IMG/VR virus record: IMGVR_UViG_3300025769_000104 | Span: 686 to 64,685 of that record | DNA length: 64,000 bases | Origin: a virus | Taxonomy: Duplodnaviria > Caudoviricetes | Strand: one strand, 5' to 3' | Part shown: in pieces, positions 10,419-19,942 of the stretch | How positions within the stretch are numbered: the first letter of the stretch is position 1 | Layout of the letters: every line of letters begins with the position of its first letter | Program-made: the position numbers and the translations under genes | Notes under the pieces: model-generated | Seen by the model: only the letters and a program-made list of their open reading frames with translations | Told to the model about the DNA's origin: nothing | The model's database searches: none

Positions 10419-10874
10419 TTAGGCATGTTTATTATACATATTGATAAAAACATCAAGTGGTGTTCTGTGACCCATACCCTCTACTTCATCAAATATTGCA
10501 TTATTATCCCATTTTGGTCTAATATCTTTAGTGATTTCAGGATTAATAACACTATCTTCTGTACCTAAAATAATTGTACGTTTATAATCTTCATCTCCAT
10601 AATGAGCCTTTATATTAATACTTCTATTATGTAAAGCAGGATTAAATAATAAAACATCTACTCCTAAATGTGAACCAATAATATCAGCAATATACCCACC
10701 CATACTAGAGCCTATAATTAAGTTAGGCATACCTAAAGTATCTATAAACTCATATAAATCTAATGTTTCATAGTTCATAGCAGGGGCATAAACCATCCCT
10801 TTTTCAGCCAGGAAAGACACTTTAGGTCCTCCTGGCTCACTTTCTAAACCATGTAAATATATTATTCTTTTCAT
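10419..10874 (-). CDS. Alpha/beta hydrolase (YqiA/UPF0227-like esterase)
   Basis: YLHG, GSSMGG nucleophile elbow, LFNPAL, D...GMGH. Confidence 0.85.
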   Translation of the reverse strand: MKRIIYLHGLESEPGGPKVSFLAEKGMVYAPAMNYETLDLYEFIDTLGMPNLIIGSSMGGYIADIIGSHLGVDVLLFNPALHNRSINIKAHYGDEDYKRTIILGTEDSVINPEITKDIRPKWDNNAIFDEVEGMGHRTPLDVFINMYNKHA

Positions 10875-11140
10875 TAAATAATTTTTATTTTATTAACTGG
10901 AATTTTGTATGTTGATCTAACTGAAAATAAGTTATAATCATATAATGTGATATATTTGTTAGTAATCTTATCAACATTCATACTTTGACCAAGTAAATAA
11001 TTAGCTTTACGAACAGAATAACTTTTACCAAATCTTTCTGATACTGAATAACAATTGAATTCATAATCTTTACCATCATAGGTAAAAATAAAACTTTCTC
11101 CTTCGTTTAAACTTTTGATTTTTTTACTTAATACTGACAT
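10874..11140 (-). CDS. Hypothetical protein, probably early
   Basis: 88 aa, directly downstream of the conserved early-type promoter. Confidence 0.6.
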   Translation of the reverse strand: MSVLSKKIKSLNEGESFIFTYDGKDYEFNCYSVSERFGKSYSVRKANYLLGQSMNVDKITNKYITLYDYNLFSVRSTYKIPVNKIKII

Positions 11141-11169
11141 AACCTTTATTTTTTATCATTATTTACTTT

Positions 11170-11202
11170 GTAAATATACGAAGGTTATCTTGGGTAGCCA
11201 AA
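11170..11202 (-). promoter_or_regulatory. Host-sigma-type promoter TTGGCTACCCA-N10-CGTATATTTAC
   Basis: Same motif and spacing at 60757 and 61115; resembles Bacteroidota TTTG (-33) / TAnnTTTG (-7). Confidence 0.75.
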
Positions 11203-11205
11203 TTT

Positions 11206-11973
11206 TTACACGCTTCTCTTCACAGAAGTTTTAAAAGAAGTAGTTGCTGGTTTGTGTTTTGGATTTTCTAAGTCAAATATTTTTTTAACTGACTTAAAAA
11301 TTTCTAGGTTTTCTTCTTGTGTTCTAGGTGATTCATATATCTCCCAGTTTTTACCTTTTAATTTAGTTCCAGACTTGTCTTCACCTCGAGATTTAGATTT
11401 TAACCATAATACACCTACTCTATTTACTTTTTTACCAAAACATTCTTCATAACATTTGGCATAAATAGCACCCTGTAAATCATATGTAGTTTGTAAATGA
11501 TTTGATGTTTTAAAGTCAATAACCCATAATTCATCATTAATTTCACAGATTAAATCTACTGTACCTGCTACTTTTAATTCATCTGAGAATAAATGGGTTT
11601 CAGTTTCAACTAATGTTGGTTTATATGTTTCCCAAAAATCAACAAAACGTAAAAACATTTTCCAAATTTCAGGATTCATTGTAGGATTGCCTCTTTCATT
11701 AAGGTAATTCATTTCATTCCCTTCAAAGTATTTTTCAATTAACTCATGTACTGCGGTTCCTTCTTCAGCGGATTTCTTTTTAATCCAATCTGCACTATAT
11801 CCTACTTTTTTAAGCCAATCTTCAAAATGTTTACCTTTAGGATAACTATTTAAAACATAGGTTACAGAGGGGTAATATTCTCCATTACGTCTATAATATC
11901 TAGAATCGGGTAAAGTAATTTGTTTATGATCCTTAGATATTTCTAAAATACGGTCGTATGATTTTTTAATCAT
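11206..11973 (-). CDS. PD-(D/E)XK exonuclease (Cas4/RecB-like)
   Basis: YPSVTYVL, GTAVH, E...AGTVD...IDFKTS, QGAIY. Confidence 0.85.
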   Translation of the reverse strand: MIKKSYDRILEISKDHKQITLPDSRYYRRNGEYYPSVTYVLNSYPKGKHFEDWLKKVGYSADWIKKKSAEEGTAVHELIEKYFEGNEMNYLNERGNPTMNPEIWKMFLRFVDFWETYKPTLVETETHLFSDELKVAGTVDLICEINDELWVIDFKTSNHLQTTYDLQGAIYAKCYEECFGKKVNRVGVLWLKSKSRGEDKSGTKLKGKNWEIYESPRTQEENLEIFKSVKKIFDLENPKHKPATTSFKTSVKRSV

Positions 11974-12899
11974 ATAGCTAGTTTTTGTTCCATTAAATCA
12001 TAATAGGTTAGTGGAACTGTTTTTTGTATTAGTTTAGTGAAATTCTTGAAACCCATCTCACTTGGGTCCTTATCTTGTAAATCAACAAGATAGACTTCCT
12101 TGTTTTCTGCTAATAACATTTCACAAAAGCGTAAGGCTTGTTTAATTGCATCCCTATCTAATGCAATATAAATTTTATCTACTTTAGAAGAAATAACTTT
12201 CTTCATTAAGTTATTTTGAATATTTTTTCCTAATAAAGGTATTGCATTTCTTTTTATAGCAATAGCATCAAATAATCCTTCACATAATATAATAGGAACA
12301 TTCCAATTAATTAAATGTTCATTTGGGATTATATCTCTAGATACTGAAGGATTTCTATATTTAATGTATGGGTCTTTTTCAAAAGAACGGGCTGTAAAAT
12401 AATTTAATCTACCATCTTCATCATAAGTTGGGATTATAATCATATTATTGTATAAACCACTTTTACAATAACCTATATTATACTTTAAAATATCGTATTT
12501 ACTTATATGTCTTTTTTTCAAATATGCTATCGCGTGTTTGGCTGAGATATCGCTTAAATCACCGGAAGATAAGTTAATATATTCATCTGGTAATGAGATA
12601 GTGGTAGTAACTTGGGTTTCTTTAATAGATTTAGAAGTTTTAACTAATGAAGATAATTCACTAAGTTTTCCAGCTTCTACTTTAAGTTGTTTAAATAAAT
12701 TATATATAGTAGTTCCTCTAACATCACAAGCCCAACAGTGCCAAGGGTTTTTTCCTTCTCTATTTTCTGTTAGATTAACCTCAAGTTTAGGTTTATGGTG
12801 ATTGCAAAAAGGACAATGGTAAGCATAATTGTTTCTAGCTGTTGCCTTACCACTACCTAATACAGAATTAACTAATGTAACTAATAACTGATTAACCAT
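11970..12899 (-). CDS. DNA primase (Zn ribbon + TOPRIM)
   Basis: CPFC...HCWAC; CEGLFDA; ALDRDA; KDPSE. Confidence 0.9.
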   Translation of the reverse strand: MVNQLLVTLVNSVLGSGKATARNNYAYHCPFCNHHKPKLEVNLTENREGKNPWHCWACDVRGTTIYNLFKQLKVEAGKLSELSSLVKTSKSIKETQVTTTISLPDEYINLSSGDLSDISAKHAIAYLKKRHISKYDILKYNIGYCKSGLYNNMIIIPTYDEDGRLNYFTARSFEKDPYIKYRNPSVSRDIIPNEHLINWNVPIILCEGLFDAIAIKRNAIPLLGKNIQNNLMKKVISSKVDKIYIALDRDAIKQALRFCEMLLAENKEVYLVDLQDKDPSEMGFKNFTKLIQKTVPLTYYDLMEQKLAI

Positions 12900-14007
12900 T
12901 TTTAAATTGGTTTAGTCTTGAATATAAATCTAAGCCTGTTAAATTTTGTTTAAAACTCCCATCATACCATGTTGAGTAATTGAATGAACCTTCTTCAGTA
13001 ATCAAATTAATTTTAGGATATGTTTTATATCTCATAGAAAACCACTCATTTGCTTTTTCATTTGCCATACTCCAAAAGTCATTTTCGTTTGGGACAAATT
13101 TAGGTCTATTTAAATAATGGAGCATTATAATATCAATAGTTTCATCTATAAAATTTTTGTAATGGTTATTTTGTAACTCTATATCTCCTCCCTCTAATAT
13201 ATTATATATTTGGCCTGCAACTCTAACTGTAGTATTTAAAGAAGTAGCTTCTAAAGGTTCTAAAAAGAATGATGAATTCCCATTATAAGATACATTTTCA
13301 GTAAAATTAATTTTTCTATAATAATTTTCAAAATTTAAATGATTCTCAATATCTCTTACTAAATTATATTCTTTTAAAATCTCTTCTGTTTCAGTTCGAA
13401 TTTCAGAAAAACTAGAACATTCTTTGTTATATAAATAACCTACTGAACATCTATTTTGTAAAGGGATTAAAAATACCCATCCATGAGTTTTTGCAACACA
13501 TAAAGTTTTATTGAATCTAGGTTTATCCCAAGAACAGTTTGATAAATAAACACTATTTACAGGTATAGGGGTTTCAACATAATCATCTTGATTCATTTTA
13601 CCTGTACAATCTATAATATAACTGTTTAGCTCTTCATGTTTTACTCTTTTTTCTATAATATTAACCTTATTTTTTAAATAAGCTGTTATATAATTTTGGA
13701 GTTTGTTAGCATTAAGATGAAGAGCCATTTGTCCTAACCCAAACCAATGTGTAAAATTATTTTTACCCCAATTTAATTTTTCAATTCCTTGTTTATAATG
13801 AGCATCAAACATAGAAAGATCATCATAATTCAAATTTAGTTTTTCGGATAAAAATCTAGGAAGGACTAAATCTGTTCCTTCACCTACAGATAAGGGAGGG
13901 ATTGAGGAATCATAATACCAATCAATATCATATCCTAAGTTATAAAAATTTAAAGCAGTTATACAACCAGCAGTACCTTTTCCTATAATTGAGACTTTTT
14001 TAGACAT
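12892..14007 (-). CDS. Tryptophan-halogenase-like flavoprotein
   Basis: IIGKGTAG, VGEGT, AHYKQGI, IDCTG, GWVFLIPL, FLEPLEATS. Confidence 0.8.
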   Translation of the reverse strand: MSKKVSIIGKGTAGCITALNFYNLGYDIDWYYDSSIPPLSVGEGTDLVLPRFLSEKLNLNYDDLSMFDAHYKQGIEKLNWGKNNFTHWFGLGQMALHLNANKLQNYITAYLKNKVNIIEKRVKHEELNSYIIDCTGKMNQDDYVETPIPVNSVYLSNCSWDKPRFNKTLCVAKTHGWVFLIPLQNRCSVGYLYNKECSSFSEIRTETEEILKEYNLVRDIENHLNFENYYRKINFTENVSYNGNSSFFLEPLEATSLNTTVRVAGQIYNILEGGDIELQNNHYKNFIDETIDIIMLHYLNRPKFVPNENDFWSMANEKANEWFSMRYKTYPKINLITEEGSFNYSTWYDGSFKQNLTGLDLYSRLNQFKNG

Positions 14008-14028
14008 AACGTAGTATAATATATAAAA

Positions 14029-14511
14029 TTACTTTGATTCAGGCACGAGATCTTCAAATTCAATATCTGTTAAATCTCTAGTATAAAATTTACCTAAAAT
14101 ATTATCATTAAAGAATTCATCTGGTTTTTCTAGTACTTGATAAAGCATTTGGTATTTTACTTCAAAATAAGTTAATGATTTTTTATCAGGACATAATCTT
14201 AGAATAGTGCGCTCAAATTCATCTTTTTTCCCTTCAAGTAATAATTGTTTTATGTCCTTTTGGGAACCATAATAATTAATCCAATCAGATTCTTTAACTA
14301 CTAATCTATAGGCAGGACGACGACCAACTACACCTTGTAGTTTTTCTAATTCTCGTTTTCCAATCTTTTGTTTTTTATTATGGAATAATACCTTTTTCCC
14401 AATATAAGACTTCCCTGAAGGTTTATGGGTAACTATATAAACAAAACCAAATGTATTTTCTGGAAATTGAGTAATGTCTCCTATTTTGTGTGTTTTATAG
14501 GTCCAACTCAT
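14029..14511 (-). CDS. GIY-YIG-like endonuclease
   Basis: FGFVY...YIGKK...ESDW..YYGS...FFNDNI. Confidence 0.7.
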   Translation of the reverse strand: MSWTYKTHKIGDITQFPENTFGFVYIVTHKPSGKSYIGKKVLFHNKKQKIGKRELEKLQGVVGRRPAYRLVVKESDWINYYGSQKDIKQLLLEGKKDEFERTILRLCPDKKSLTYFEVKYQMLYQVLEKPDEFFNDNILGKFYTRDLTDIEFEDLVPESK

Positions 14512-14570
14512 ATAATTAAGTTTAATTAAACAAAGTTTAATGTAACGTGGCTATACATATAATACTTAAT

Positions 14571-15206
14571 TTAAATGTAATATTTTTGTGAAGACACATT
14601 ATTATTAGAATGAATACTAAACTCTATTCCTTCAATATCTTTGGAAGTTGTACCAAAAGATGTAACATTATGTTGAATTATGTTCATGTATTCATCAGGT
14701 ATATTGGACATTTGACTTAATTTAAACCACAATTTTTCTGATTCTTTTCTTTGTCCTATATACCAACTTGTAAAAGCTTTTTGAAAAGTTAACATAAAAT
14801 CACCAGGATATCCTATATCATATGGTAAAGGAGTTTGATTAATATGTTGTAAACCTAAACAAGCATACATATAAGCAGGTTTCCATTCTTGTTTTTTACT
14901 ATGATCTATACTTAAAAAATAATAAGCTTCTGGTCTAGTAGGGAGATAAGCAATAGCAGTAGCTAATTGGTCTCTTTCCCACATTGGTCTTCTTTTTTGT
15001 TTATGTAATTGCTTCCAGGTTTTTAATACACAACAATAGGCCATTTCAGGGTCGGTTTCATGAAGCATTTCTGCGGTTCTTAAAAAGAAAGATAACGCAG
15101 CTGCCCCATGACCTATTTTTTCATATTCTTCTCCTAATTTAGCATTAATATAAGGATCCAAAGGATTATTTATATAATCATGTAGGTATGTTTGTAATTT
15201 ATCCAT
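14571..15206 (-). CDS. TPR-like helical protein
   Basis: Helical repeats including PTRPEAYYFL. Confidence 0.6.
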   Translation of the reverse strand: MDKLQTYLHDYINNPLDPYINAKLGEEYEKIGHGAAALSFFLRTAEMLHETDPEMAYCCVLKTWKQLHKQKRRPMWERDQLATAIAYLPTRPEAYYFLSIDHSKKQEWKPAYMYACLGLQHINQTPLPYDIGYPGDFMLTFQKAFTSWYIGQRKESEKLWFKLSQMSNIPDEYMNIIQHNVTSFGTTSKDIEGIEFSIHSNNNVSSQKYYI

Positions 15207-16932
15207 TTAACATATAATCTTTAGCATATAAAACTTTTTGGTCTAAATTTGCTGTAATATTTTTATTATAATCTTTAATATATTTTTTATTTACCCACCA
15301 ATCTTCATAGGGGCTATTTCTATCTGGGGAAATATTTGATGCTATCATTATATATCCTTTACTTAAAAGTAATGCCCTAGATTTACCCCTCCATTCTTCA
15401 TTATTGTCTGTATAGTAATCGTGTTCATAAGTAATTACACCAAAATCTAATGTATCAAACGGTATTTTTTCTAATGTTTTAAATGTATTAAAAGCAGGGT
15501 CAATATCTAATTGCAAATAATCTATATAACGAGATAAACCATTTTTTTGGCATAGATTAATATAGTCAATTTGAGTAGCATCTAATAATAAGCATTTATC
15601 TTTTGGACGTTCAAACTTCCAAGCAGTTATTAAACTTGGATCAAAATCAATAGAAACTCCTTTCCATCCTAATTGAGATAATAATGCTGTATTATTACCA
15701 TAGAATGGTCTTCCTGCACCTATTTCTAGGTAAGTACCATCTTTTTTACCATTAAAACAAGATAAAACAAATAAATCTTGATAACATTGAGAATAGTTTT
15801 GTTCTATATCTTCTAATCCTGAAAATTTGTATTTAAAATTGTTATAATCTTGTTTAGTATAAATTAAGGGTTCATGCCATGTTGTTTTTTCTTTTTTTAT
15901 AGGACTTTCTCCTTCCCATTTTAATTTATCCAACAAATTAATTGGCATTTTTAAGGCATAAGCTGCATTATCTTGATACCCATATGTTATAATAAAATTA
16001 TCATCTTTAATAGCTAGACCACAATTAAATTCAATTTGAGCAGCCATAAACTTAAAAGGTTTAGATAAATGGATTAAATTCCAATCTTTATCCCAAATAA
16101 TAAATCTATGATAATATTGAGCATCTTTTTTAAATCCATGATGATGGAAGAATTTACATTCATGTGTAATACAAATTCTATAATCACCAAAAGGAATTAC
16201 AGGAGAACTTCCTCTTAACCCTAAAGGTAAATCTATTTTGTCATCTTTTTTAATAGCAACTTCACTAGAAACCATGTTTAAAGTTCCTTTAGTTACAGTT
16301 TCGGTTGATTTATCTTCAAGATTAACTTTTACTATTTCTATAGGATTTGCCCATCTAATAAAGTGGTAAGGCATATCTAAAATAGGCATCCAATTTTTTT
16401 CAAGATAAGTATTCTCAGGGGGTTTAATTCTATCTCTAGTTTTTTCGAAACAAAAATTGTCATTCCATTCTATTTCACAGAGTTCCATTCTTCCTTCTCC
16501 GTTTTCCTTTACATCTCTTCTTACACCGCAAGTATAAAATTTATTATCCCATCTAAAAATACGAGCATCTTCTAAACCATGAAATTCCCAAACAGGAGGA
16601 ATATCATATTTTTTTGTATCTATTTTTTGTGGGGAAAGTACTTCTAAAGTATCAGGATCAAGTTTACATAAGTAATTACCTGTTTTTAATGAAATATCAT
16701 CTTCAGGATTTAAATAAGATAAACACCCCCATTTACAATAAAATTTTTGATCAAATTCAGAATGATATAAACTATAATGTACATGTCTAATATTAGCTAG
16801 AATATCTCCATTGTCATCTATAAAAATAGAAACATTACATAAACCTGTACCATCTGTTAGTTCAGAAGGTATTAATAATGGGGTGATAGTACCTCCATTG
16901 TTTATAACCAATTTCGCTAAATTATCAATCAT
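15199..16932 (-). CDS. Glycosidase/phosphorylase-like beta-propeller fused to FkbM-type methyltransferase
   Basis: GLEDARIF, EKNWMP, LRGSS, EFNCGL; then YSQCYQD...YLEIGA...IDYLQLDID...ITYEHD. Confidence 0.7.
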   Translation of the reverse strand: MIDNLAKLVINNGGTITPLLIPSELTDGTGLCNVSIFIDDNGDILANIRHVHYSLYHSEFDQKFYCKWGCLSYLNPEDDISLKTGNYLCKLDPDTLEVLSPQKIDTKKYDIPPVWEFHGLEDARIFRWDNKFYTCGVRRDVKENGEGRMELCEIEWNDNFCFEKTRDRIKPPENTYLEKNWMPILDMPYHFIRWANPIEIVKVNLEDKSTETVTKGTLNMVSSEVAIKKDDKIDLPLGLRGSSPVIPFGDYRICITHECKFFHHHGFKKDAQYYHRFIIWDKDWNLIHLSKPFKFMAAQIEFNCGLAIKDDNFIITYGYQDNAAYALKMPINLLDKLKWEGESPIKKEKTTWHEPLIYTKQDYNNFKYKFSGLEDIEQNYSQCYQDLFVLSCFNGKKDGTYLEIGAGRPFYGNNTALLSQLGWKGVSIDFDPSLITAWKFERPKDKCLLLDATQIDYINLCQKNGLSRYIDYLQLDIDPAFNTFKTLEKIPFDTLDFGVITYEHDYYTDNNEEWRGKSRALLLSKGYIMIASNISPDRNSPYEDWWVNKKYIKDYNKNITANLDQKVLYAKDYMLNG

Positions 16933-16933
16933 A

Positions 16934-17527
16934 TTATTTATAATGACTTCCTCCTAACCATATTACGAAAGATTTTCTAACCCCCCTAGTAACAGGTGTA
17001 ACTCTATGCATCATAAATGAAGGAAATAGGAAAACCAAACCTGCTTCTCTTTTGGCTTGTGTAAAAGGTCCTTCCATACTTCCACCCATAAACAATTCTA
17101 AATTCCCTCCTTCATATTCATCAGGTTCAGATAATTGAACTGTAATTGAAATTTTTCTTTTAGATAACATACCTGGACCAATATCAGCATGCCAATCATA
17201 ATGTCCATTATCGGTAGCATAATATTCGGTATATTGAATTTGTTCAGGGATAGTATTTAATTCAAAATTCCATAAAGCAATATTAGCTTGAACTGCATAA
17301 TTGGATAATTTTTCATATAGCCAATACCATTGATCATTTTGAGGAACCCACTTTATCTTTGATGATCTTACTTCTTTACTACCCCCAACAGTTTCTCCAT
17401 CTTGGTAGGGAAGAGTAGACACATTTTGTTCTATTTTATCTAGTTCTTCTTTTGAAAAACCTTTAGTAAAATAGTAATAATTTTGTAAATCTACTTCTTG
17501 TTGATCAAAATTATAACTTGTATACAT
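16934..17527 (-). CDS. 2OG-Fe(II) oxygenase (P4H/PKHD-like)
   Basis: YDWHAD...YEGG...FPSFMMHRVTPV...RKS gives the HxD...H...R set. Confidence 0.9.
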   Translation of the reverse strand: MYTSYNFDQQEVDLQNYYYFTKGFSKEELDKIEQNVSTLPYQDGETVGGSKEVRSSKIKWVPQNDQWYWLYEKLSNYAVQANIALWNFELNTIPEQIQYTEYYATDNGHYDWHADIGPGMLSKRKISITVQLSEPDEYEGGNLELFMGGSMEGPFTQAKREAGLVFLFPSFMMHRVTPVTRGVRKSFVIWLGGSHYK

Positions 17528-17529
17528 AA

Positions 17530-18417
17530 TTATTTACTTAATATTTTAAATACTTTTTCTCTATTAAAAATTAAAATTGGGTCCCCCCAAGGATTTAAAC
17601 TTAATTCTTCAGTTAAATTAACTCCTCTTTCGCATGTAAGGGTATAAGAAGATAAAGGTGGATTTGCCACTATATTTTTATGTAGTTTATACCCAAAAAC
17701 ATTTTTATTAGTTCCTATCCAACATACATTAGATTTTTTTCTTAAACAAGCAGCTAAATGTTGAGAAAAACTATCTATTAGTAAAGTTTTATTAGCCATT
17801 TGTAATAAAATAGCTATATGCCTTATATTTTCAGTTGCAGGGATTACATTTTCTAATTGTGTTTGTCCTTTAGACATTATTTGATATACTGTATGTGTAT
17901 CTTTATATAGGTTTACTATATCTTGAGCTAAAGTGGGGGGTATGTCTCTTACCCAATTATAGGGGATTTCTTCATTTACCCCACCACCAAAAGGATGGAT
18001 TACAAAAATAGGTTTGTCTGAAGAGTAAAGGGATTTGGATTTTTCTATTTCGGATTTATCTAAATATATTTCAGGCATTTCTCCATTATAATCTAAATCA
18101 CATATATTAGCCCATGATTCATATACAGATTCATCTTGAAGAAGGTGACCTTGAGTATTATAAGGTTCTTGTGCAAAAACTCTTACATTTTTTCCTAAAA
18201 TAAAATTTTTCCAAACTATATCTAATTGGTCAAAGTTATAAATTAAATTAGTATTTGGATTATTTTTAAATATTAAAGGGTGAGAACAAACTACTACAAT
18301 ATTGCTATTAGGGTATCTTTGTCTAAGTAGTTTAAGTAAAACAGTTGATATAATATTTTTACCTATTCCTCCTTTTACATAAAATATAATATTAGGATGT
18401 GGGCTTAATCCTTGCAT
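17530..18417 (-). CDS. GT-B glycosyltransferase (GT9-like)
   Basis: GGIGK, IFKNNP, FVIHPFGG, IDSFSQHLAA. Confidence 0.7.
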   Translation of the reverse strand: MQGLSPHPNIIFYVKGGIGKNIISTVLLKLLRQRYPNSNIVVVCSHPLIFKNNPNTNLIYNFDQLDIVWKNFILGKNVRVFAQEPYNTQGHLLQDESVYESWANICDLDYNGEMPEIYLDKSEIEKSKSLYSSDKPIFVIHPFGGGVNEEIPYNWVRDIPPTLAQDIVNLYKDTHTVYQIMSKGQTQLENVIPATENIRHIAILLQMANKTLLIDSFSQHLAACLRKKSNVCWIGTNKNVFGYKLHKNIVANPPLSSYTLTCERGVNLTEELSLNPWGDPILIFNREKVFKILSK

Positions 18418-18435
18418 AAAACTATTTATTTACAA

Positions 18436-18466
18436 TAATGTACAAAAAAAACAATTAATATTCAAA
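18436..18466 (-). promoter_or_regulatory. Degenerate host-type promoter (TTTG...TACATTA)
   Basis: Same 23-nt offset as the conserved motif; upstream of the modification cluster. Confidence 0.4.
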
Positions 18467-18485
18467 TAATTTTAAAAATTAAATG

Positions 18486-19394
18486 TTAAGGATTCCAACC
18501 TCCTCCACTAGCAGTAACTAGTACACTTTTATTTGATCCATAAGATGTTCCTACAGAATTTGTAGCATAAGCTCTAACATAATATGTAGTACCATTAGGT
18601 CCTACTAAAAGAGCACCTGTATCTTGAGAAGCAGAATATAACCCAGTAGTCCCACTAACAGATTTATTAAAAACATTACTTGAGGTAGTTGGGTTAGTGG
18701 AAGTACTTCCAACGAAACCTCTTGCTGTAATACTAGCACCCCCATCACTTGTTACATTACCACCCATATCTATTTCGTCATTTGTACTATCAAAAGTAAC
18801 AGTTCCTGTAGTTACAGTAGGAGCAGAAGAAGCTGCTGTAGCTGATGAATAAAGCCAATTTATATATAAGAAACTAGTTCCTCCATAAGTACTATTATAA
18901 TAGAAATTAGTGGCATTTACGGTAGTAGCTACGGTTCCTGAAGTACTATTAATTCTCCAACCTGCAAAAGAATATCCACTTGACATAGTAGCAGCAACTC
19001 CTACATAATTTTGCACATTAGAAAGGCTTGTATTATTATACATATAAGTTGTAGATGCATCAGAAGTGGAAAAGGGACTAGTATAACGAACACCTGATGT
19101 TCCGGTTAAACCCTTGCTTAAATTTACACCAAAGTTTCTATCATTATTTCTATAAGAACCTGCATTATAATTACATGATAAACCTGCATAGCTACTTTTA
19201 ACTCTTGGGATTGATGCTAAAAAAGTATATACAGCACATTGCATACAAAAACTATGAGTACAAAATAAACACATACAAGAACATGCTCTATATTTTACCC
19301 CAAACATACCAAAATCACTTTGTGGGGTTGTACCAGTATTTGTATTCCCTCCTAAATATATGTTATTATTCCCAAATGAACCAAAGTATACCAT
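18486..19394 (-). CDS. Putative fibre tip/adhesin with C-terminal FN3-like domain
   Basis: PTVTT...GGNVTSDGG..ITARG...YYVRAYATNSVGTSYG; Cys-rich patch. Confidence 0.6.
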   Translation of the reverse strand: MVYFGSFGNNNIYLGGNTNTGTTPQSDFGMFGVKYRACSCMCLFCTHSFCMQCAVYTFLASIPRVKSSYAGLSCNYNAGSYRNNDRNFGVNLSKGLTGTSGVRYTSPFSTSDASTTYMYNNTSLSNVQNYVGVAATMSSGYSFAGWRINSTSGTVATTVNATNFYYNSTYGGTSFLYINWLYSSATAASSAPTVTTGTVTFDSTNDEIDMGGNVTSDGGASITARGFVGSTSTNPTTSSNVFNKSVSGTTGLYSASQDTGALLVGPNGTTYYVRAYATNSVGTSYGSNKSVLVTASGGGWNP

Positions 19395-19407
19395 ACTCTA
19401 AAAAAAT

Positions 19408-19941
19408 TTAAATATCTTGAACATTGGCTTCTCCAAAAATATTAATATAATAATTTTTTACTTCATTATATGCATATTCATAAACGCTACCTGTTATTTG
19501 ATTTAAGTCAATTCTTGATTTTGTAACTTCTTGACTTGAACTATGAAGTGTTTCTAATGATTCAGTTCTTTGAACTGTAATTTCATTTCCATCATCATCA
19601 TAATCTAAATAATCTACTAATTGATTATCATAAGAACTAGAATAAGTAATAACTTCTACAACTTCACTACTAGTTAAATTAAATTGTAAAAAATTAGGAT
19701 TCCAAGTAAAACTTCCATTAGTAAGTGGTCCTGGGATAAAACCACTTGCATCACTTTCAACATAATCTTCTTGATATGTTGGAAACATAACTGATGCTGC
19801 CTCTTGTGAGGTGTAAGTTCCTACATTGCAACGTAAATGACCTAATGATTTTTCTACATGATAGAAATCAATTCTAGTATAGAAATTTTCATGTGTATTT
19901 CCTAATCCATCTGTGATAGATCCTGTAATGTTTAATGCCAT
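19408..19941 (-). CDS. Hypothetical fibre-associated protein
   Basis: 177 aa, directly downstream of a fibre gene. Confidence 0.5.
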   Translation of the reverse strand: MALNITGSITDGLGNTHENFYTRIDFYHVEKSLGHLRCNVGTYTSQEAASVMFPTYQEDYVESDASGFIPGPLTNGSFTWNPNFLQFNLTSSEVVEVITYSSSYDNQLVDYLDYDDDGNEITVQRTESLETLHSSSQEVTKSRIDLNQITGSVYEYAYNEVKNYYINIFGEANVQDI

Positions 19942-19942
19942 T

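Noticed and set aside
11206-11973. Cas4 as part of a CRISPR system
   Set aside because: Stand-alone exonuclease next to primase, typical of phage replication modules
16934-17527. Classical collagen prolyl 4-hydroxylase role
   Set aside because: Collagen prolines here are almost all in the X position, not the X-Pro-Gly substrate position
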